Part shown: one piece after another, positions 36,996-42,227 of the stretch | How positions within the stretch are numbered: the first letter of the stretch is position 1 | Layout: each line of letters opens with the position of its first letter | Assembly (NCBI GenBank): GCA_041584155.1 | Contig: JBFHEL010000001.1 | Location: forward strand, 1-42,227 | DNA length: 42,227 bases | Source of the DNA: Saccharicrinis sp. | GTDB taxonomy: Bacteria; Bacteroidota; Bacteroidia; Bacteroidales; Marinilabiliaceae | Reading direction: 5' to 3' | Notes under the pieces: generated by a model | Told to the model about the DNA's origin: nothing | Databases searched by the model: none | Seen by the model: the letters and a program-made list of their open reading frames with translations, nothing else | Translations under genes and position numbers: made by a program

Positions 36996-37953
36996 GAAAC
37001 TAAGTATAAAAACATTGACCTGGGTATTTATCGGCCTGTTCATACTCACCCTTGCCTTTAAAATATCAGATCATACAAATGGAATAAATACCTTAAAGGC
37101 AGAGTTATTTAATATCGATGAGACCTCTATTACTTCGATTATTGTAAAACCCAAAATACTAAATGGCCAGAGTATTGAACTGAAAAAGGACAAGGATAAC
37201 TGGCGTGTGCTATATGAAGGCAACTCATACACAGCTAACGTTTCGGTTATTGACCAATTGGTGGAGGAGCTGAATGGCTTAAAACCTCTCCGCCTGGCCT
37301 CGCAAAGCAAAGACAAATGGAAGCATTATGAATTAACTGATTCTCTTGCTACCGAAGTTCAGTTTATGGGCAACAAAGAAGAGCTGGCGAAATTGTATAT
37401 CGGTAAATTCTCCTATAGTCAACCCAAAACAAATGGTATGATGCAACAAAACCCCTACATGCAAGCCCAAGGGACCATGACAACCTATGTTCGCTATAAT
37501 GATGAAAAAGAGGTGTATGCCGTAGAAGGATTTTTGAGCAATACCACCAACCGAAAGGTAGATACCTTTAGAGATAAAACCTTATTAAAGGTCAATAAAA
37601 ATGAAATCAACAAGATAGCATTTAGCTATCCAGCCGACAGCTCATTCACTATGATAAAAAAAGAAGAAGTCTGGCTGTGCAATGGAATCCAACTTGATTC
37701 TAGCTCGGTAGCAAAATATCTGAACAGCATTACTTCATTAAAGGGTACTAGTTTTACTGATGCCAAAAATACATCCTTTCCGTATCGAGCAAAAATATAC
37801 AACAACAATAATGAGCCTATTGAAATCAGTGCCGCTATTGAAAATGACCAGGTGTTTTTTACAACTTCTCAAAATACGAAAACGTATTTTAAAGAAGAGC
37901 AAAAAACAAATTTCAATAAGCTATTTATTTCAAAAGAAAAACTAATAAATTAA
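36988..37953 (+). CDS. DUF4340-like domain protein
   Basis: N-terminal anchor, 'LYIGK...TYVR...VYAV' pattern; usual fourth gene of Gld-like ABC operons; 8-nt overlap with upstream gene. Confidence 0.72.
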   Translation: MFKKLSIKTLTWVFIGLFILTLAFKISDHTNGINTLKAELFNIDETSITSIIVKPKILNGQSIELKKDKDNWRVLYEGNSYTANVSVIDQLVEELNGLKPLRLASQSKDKWKHYELTDSLATEVQFMGNKEELAKLYIGKFSYSQPKTNGMMQQNPYMQAQGTMTTYVRYNDEKEVYAVEGFLSNTTNRKVDTFRDKTLLKVNKNEINKIAFSYPADSSFTMIKKEEVWLCNGIQLDSSSVAKYLNSITSLKGTSFTDAKNTSFPYRAKIYNNNNEPIEISAAIENDQVFFTTSQNTKTYFKEEQKTNFNKLFISKEKLIN

Positions 37954-38222
37954 AAAGAACTTTTTAAACAATCATCAAAACGAAGTGTGTTTATGATCAT
38001 TTAAGAACCTCCTGTCTGGCACAGACAAGTATTGAGCACATGGATTAATTAATACCTTGTGTATAGTTTAAAAATGAAAATATTCACCTTCGTTTCTTTT
38101 TATCTTTTATTAATAGATGCTGGTGTGAGTTTTTAAACAAACTAAAAACTCCTAAGTAATCATCGTATTTATATAATGGAGCTGAATTACTCCAATGTTT
38201 CCTTTTATAATTTATTACGGGA

Positions 38223-39404
38223 TTAAAACAACTTATAACCTACCGTAAAAGAAAAAGATTGATAATCAGCAGTATAATTTACATATTCTGACAAAATATC
38301 TGGATGGGTACCATATTTCACTTTAACGTTGAAGTTTTTATATTCATATCCGCCACCAAAAAAAACATTACTTCCTCCATTTTCAATATCTCTGCTTCCT
38401 ATGTAAGAATTAAAAGGAATATCAATAAGAAATCCACTTACTTCAAAAAATATTTTAGCATCCTCATTTATAAACATTCTGTATTTTACACCTAAAGGCA
38501 ACTCTATCGACTTATAATCAGCACTAAAGTCAACATAATTATACGTGCAATCTGTTGTGTAGGATTGGTAGGTTGGATTAAAAAATAACGCCCACTTATT
38601 TCTATTATATGGGAGCACATATTCAATTTGAACATCTGAAGTAAAGCCGATACTATTCCCCAATGAAAATGTAGAGGAATATTCCCTTATAAAAGAAACA
38701 TAAGCCAACCTTGCACCAGCATTTATAAATACATTAAAACGATTTCCCTTGTTTGTTAAGCCATACTTAACCATTTGAGCATTTAAACTAGTGTTATAAA
38801 TTTCAAAAAGCTTAACCAAATCTCGTTTTACGTATGCAATATTCTGAATATCAACAGCTGTTATATCTTCACAAGATAAAGCTTTAATCAACTGTAATCT
38901 ATACGATTTGTTTTTTAGTATTTTACCATCTCTAATATAATCTTTATAAACAAGTTGCTCTGGTTTACTGTTATTTACACTGTAAAAATACAACAGACTA
39001 TTACCATCGAAATATAAGCTTGCACGCCCTTCTATTAATTTTTCCAGCATTAACGTTTTCTCTTCAAATTCAGGTGTATACTGCATACTTAAGTTACCCA
39101 CTGTTTTTTTTGATTGATCAACCAACACAGTATGTCGCTCGTATTTTAAGTTTGAAACGACAAATTGACTTACCTCGGTAATGGGCACTTCCTTAGTTTC
39201 TCCCTCTAAAGTCAATTTATATTCAAGTTTAACTGGACTTTTTCTCCACTGGAGATTTTTTATATAGCAATCAACTTTTTGATTATCATTGTTGATGTAA
39301 TAACCCTTGTCGAAGGTAACCTGAGCAGATAAATGAACAGGTAAAAAAGAAAATAAGATGAGTATAAAATACGGGTAAAGACAGTGAACCTGTTGTTTAA
39401 TCAT
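38223..39404 (-). CDS. Outer membrane protein with C-terminal beta-barrel domain
   Basis: Signal peptide, 'GYYINNDNQKVDCYIKN..W' N-terminal domain, alternating beta strands and C-terminal 'FTVGYKLF'. Confidence 0.75.
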   Translation of the reverse strand: MIKQQVHCLYPYFILILFSFLPVHLSAQVTFDKGYYINNDNQKVDCYIKNLQWRKSPVKLEYKLTLEGETKEVPITEVSQFVVSNLKYERHTVLVDQSKKTVGNLSMQYTPEFEEKTLMLEKLIEGRASLYFDGNSLLYFYSVNNSKPEQLVYKDYIRDGKILKNKSYRLQLIKALSCEDITAVDIQNIAYVKRDLVKLFEIYNTSLNAQMVKYGLTNKGNRFNVFINAGARLAYVSFIREYSSTFSLGNSIGFTSDVQIEYVLPYNRNKWALFFNPTYQSYTTDCTYNYVDFSADYKSIELPLGVKYRMFINEDAKIFFEVSGFLIDIPFNSYIGSRDIENGGSNVFFGGGYEYKNFNVKVKYGTHPDILSEYVNYTADYQSFSFTVGYKLF

Positions 39405-40009
39405 GCTAGTATTTTTAAAATAATTATTTATTATGTTGCGATAAATATAATTTTATTGCAGTACATATGCAATTTTTTATTTACCTATTACCCATCGCAC
39501 TAATTTAAGATAATAATTATTTACACCAATTACATTATAAAATGGGACTTAACAGGGAGTCTCTCTTGAAATACCAATCACTTTTTCATCATCATTATAC
39601 CAACACTTAATAAGTCTTATTTCAAGAAGGCATTATTTAACACAATAACTGCAATATCAGCAGATTAATATAGGATGGATAATTTTTTTATTCCTTTTCT
39701 ATTGGTTCCAAAAGAAAGAAACAATCATTTGAATGAACATATCTTTATGATAACAAACTAAGCCAGACCAAAGGCTGGAGTCGTATATTTATATTGCTAT
39801 TTTAGATGATTAAACCCTAGATGCAGTAGTCCGATAAGTTGCTTAAATATTTAATCATATTGAGTAAATTTCAATTCACTCTTTTCCTCAGGTATTTCCT
39901 TCACGCTTGGCCATATCCAAAGATTGTTACGAGACATAAGGTATAGTTACTTAACATATAGACCAATTAACCCATGTTACAATTTGTAAATGCACTAAAA
40001 AATAATGAA

Positions 40010-40033
40010 GCCTGTTAAAATAAATCAACAGGC
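40010..40033 (-). terminator. Hairpin, possible terminator of the alginate lyase gene
   Basis: GCCTGTT...AACAGGC 7-bp stem; U-tract weak. Confidence 0.4.
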
Positions 40034-40101
40034 CTCTTTATATTCCGATACAAACCAATGTACATTTAAATATAGCTAAAACATTTAACTATGATGGCAA
40101 A

Positions 40102-41349
40102 TTATTCAACAATATCATTGCTTAAACTCAACGCCTCCAGTTTTTCATTTTTAATACCTGATGCCTTTTCATTTTCCACGAGAATAGAAAGTGTTTTGGC
40201 CAATAAATTGGAGACCTCATTTGAATTAGTATGCTTTGCCATCCTCGATAGTGGAAAAACCAAATCAGATACATCAATACCATGTATCTCGGTAAACTCC
40301 CATTCCTCTCCATTTATAAAAGGAGAAAGGTAATTGAATGCCAATAGCAAACTTTTATTATCCGCAGAAGTATAGTTCCACATATCCATGCCAACACAAT
40401 CTCCAACAAGAGCAATACTAGTTAGTGCTTCGAGATTAAAGCAACTATAAAAAAACGATCTTGTTCGTGCCAATTCGTGCAATTGTTTTCCCTCAGTATC
40501 TAATTGATTGCTCAGGCTTTCTTGTGCCGATGCTACCGTTTCTTTTGCCAAAGAATCGTTTCCTAAATGCATAGCCAAAGCAGCCACCTGATATTTATAC
40601 CAGGAGCCGTGATTATTTTTTTGCTTATTCTCCTTATTGCCTAATTCACTAAGGGTTAACCACTTCAAATATTCGCTTAACCATTGAATTAGCTCTGCTG
40701 TATCATTCTGGGCCCAATGGGAAGATTTAGAAAGTATGGTCATCGCTTCGGGGACAACTGAGGCAATGGATCTACCATCTAAAATACCTGACGACCTCCC
40801 CTTTGAATACCCTGGAACACTTTGAGCAAACTCCAAATGCGGATTCATGCAAGTAGCGGTATCGAGAAACCAGCTTTTTAGGATACTGGCAGCTTTTTGG
40901 GCATAACGCTCATCTTCAGAAAAAAAGAAAGCATGAGAAAGGCTTTTTACTGCATGAGTCATGGCTCCTAATCGTTTTCTATCCACAGCATCTGTTTGCG
41001 TCTCCGGATTTGTTTCACCATCTTTACGTATCCATGGCAAGCCGTCAGCTGTTTCAGGATTAGGCCACCAATAGCGACTAATACTCAAATAATCATGTTT
41101 ATTTCCCGAAGGCGGCAATATGGTTTTATCCATCACCGTTGGGTTTTGCATGGAGAGTAATTGATCGGCTTTTTTAAGAAGAGTTTGATAGGCATTAAGG
41201 GTGCGATCTGAAGCAGTTCCATCCTGTATTTTTTGCTTAACTATTGAAATATCAATGGTATCAGATGGAATAAAAGACATTGAATAAGCCGGGGTATTAA
41301 CCAAAACAAATAACACCAATGCCCATTTTAACTTCCTAATGTGTATCAT
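40102..41349 (-). CDS. Alginate lyase family protein (PL5-like alpha/alpha toroid)
   Basis: Signal peptide; 'PPSGNKHDYLS..YWWP', 'MNPHLEFAQ', 'GILD', catalytic 'NNHGSWY', 'ELARTRSFFYSCFNL'. Confidence 0.85.
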   Translation of the reverse strand: MIHIRKLKWALVLFVLVNTPAYSMSFIPSDTIDISIVKQKIQDGTASDRTLNAYQTLLKKADQLLSMQNPTVMDKTILPPSGNKHDYLSISRYWWPNPETADGLPWIRKDGETNPETQTDAVDRKRLGAMTHAVKSLSHAFFFSEDERYAQKAASILKSWFLDTATCMNPHLEFAQSVPGYSKGRSSGILDGRSIASVVPEAMTILSKSSHWAQNDTAELIQWLSEYLKWLTLSELGNKENKQKNNHGSWYKYQVAALAMHLGNDSLAKETVASAQESLSNQLDTEGKQLHELARTRSFFYSCFNLEALTSIALVGDCVGMDMWNYTSADNKSLLLAFNYLSPFINGEEWEFTEIHGIDVSDLVFPLSRMAKHTNSNEVSNLLAKTLSILVENEKASGIKNEKLEALSLSNDIVE

Positions 41350-41498
41350 ACTAATTATTTTAATGCGTGAAGAATCTGAGGTTTAATGCCGAAGGTATTG
41401 TTTTTTCCCATTAAAGACAAGTTTGAAGCCCCAAGTAATTGCTCATGGCTATTTTGCGTTAAATAACGCATACATAGTAACCAATGCCCTACTCTCTT

Positions 41499-41855
41499 TT
41501 ACAAGTTATTAAATAACATATCCAACCAATGTATATTTGTCACTACATAAAACAACAATATCATCAATCCGGAGGTAAACATAACGAAATAGAGCCTTTT
41601 TTTAAGGTGCTTCAATACCCTTCCTTCTTTAAGTACTATTTTCCTGTATCTCTTTGAAATAAGCACAAGAAAACTCGTTAAAAACAATAAGCCCAAAGCA
41701 GTTATTGCTCCGCTACCAACCGGAATACTACTTAAATCCTTGGTGATTATATTAAAGAAATCCAAAAAAAATAAAAGATTCCATATCGAAACAACAGCAA
41801 TAACATATGGTGTTTTATGTGAAAATACTCCATGTGTTTCTATCTCTGTCTTCAT
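41499..41855 (-). CDS. Hypothetical membrane protein
   Basis: 118 aa with three hydrophobic segments; no recognisable family. Confidence 0.5.
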   Translation of the reverse strand: MKTEIETHGVFSHKTPYVIAVVSIWNLLFFLDFFNIITKDLSSIPVGSGAITALGLLFLTSFLVLISKRYRKIVLKEGRVLKHLKKRLYFVMFTSGLMILLFYVVTNIHWLDMLFNNL

Positions 41856-42227
41856 TTGTAGATCTTTAGAAAAGTAGAAGAATTATTAAAAAATACCTTT
41901 TATTTGGTTAATCATTCTAGTAATATTTTTTCAACACGAAGAATCACTTTACCCTTAATATTACAATATCAGGTGATTTATTCTTAGTCTCTGTCTTTTT
42001 ACTTGTCAATATATAAAAATGCTTTACACCTGGTATTTAATGCACATTTATAACATTAATCAGCTATACCCAATGGCTACAAAATTACTAAATAGTTCAG
42101 ATAACCCTATCGTTTTCAACACACAGCCAACAGTCTCAACGCTTATGTAAACCATATAAAAGCATGTAACAGCTAAATTACATTATCTTCCCAACAGCTC
42201 TTACTGCATAATTTTCATTCACTCTAA

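Noticed and set aside
2109-37945. Many 60-95 aa ORFs inside or antisense to long genes (e.g. 2109, 3602, 7089, 11815, 15999, 18498, 31299, 37071)
   Set aside because: They overlap well-supported genes and show no recognisable motifs; expected shadow ORFs
39851-39937. 28-codon minus-strand ORF (MSRNNLWIWPSVKEIPEEKSELKFTQYD) in the ~700-bp gap
   Set aside because: No promoter, terminator or family support; could be chance or a gene remnant

Overview
AT-rich bacterial chromosomal segment. Gene content (TamA/TamB, GldA/F/G-like ABC system, Bacteroidota-type arginine decarboxylase, DUF3124, PepSY-like protein, alginate lyase) points to Bacteroidota, probably a marine or saline Bacteroidia-like organism (inference). 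No rRNA, tRNA, CRISPR array or transposase was seen. The left end holds a truncated glycerophosphodiesterase, tamA-tamB and a TetR-membrane protein-peroxiredoxin operon. The middle (~8.9-30 kb) is a stress/ion-homeostasis cluster: GNAT-nitrilase fusion, speA, corA, a 1669-aa cation-chloride cotransporter (SLC12/CCC) fused to a P-loop NTPase plus an MscS-like partner, three USP-like proteins, ppk2, an ECF sigma factor with no evident anti-sigma, two Hsp20s, a cytoplasmic HisKA_3/NarL pair, a PepSY-like protein and a CPA2 antiporter. The right part has two tandem ABC-2 exporter cassettes, a beta-barrel protein and an alginate lyase. Main observations: (1) a recurring bipartite motif GTGACY-N15/16-GTC(T/A) at seven intergenic loci, correctly oriented upstream of stress genes, probably the promoter of the local ECF sigma; (2) the CCC-NTPase fusion with MscS; (3) an unannotated promoter/39-codon ORF/terminator unit at 26.39-26.67 kb; (4) a 104-bp hairpin-forming repeat present twice.
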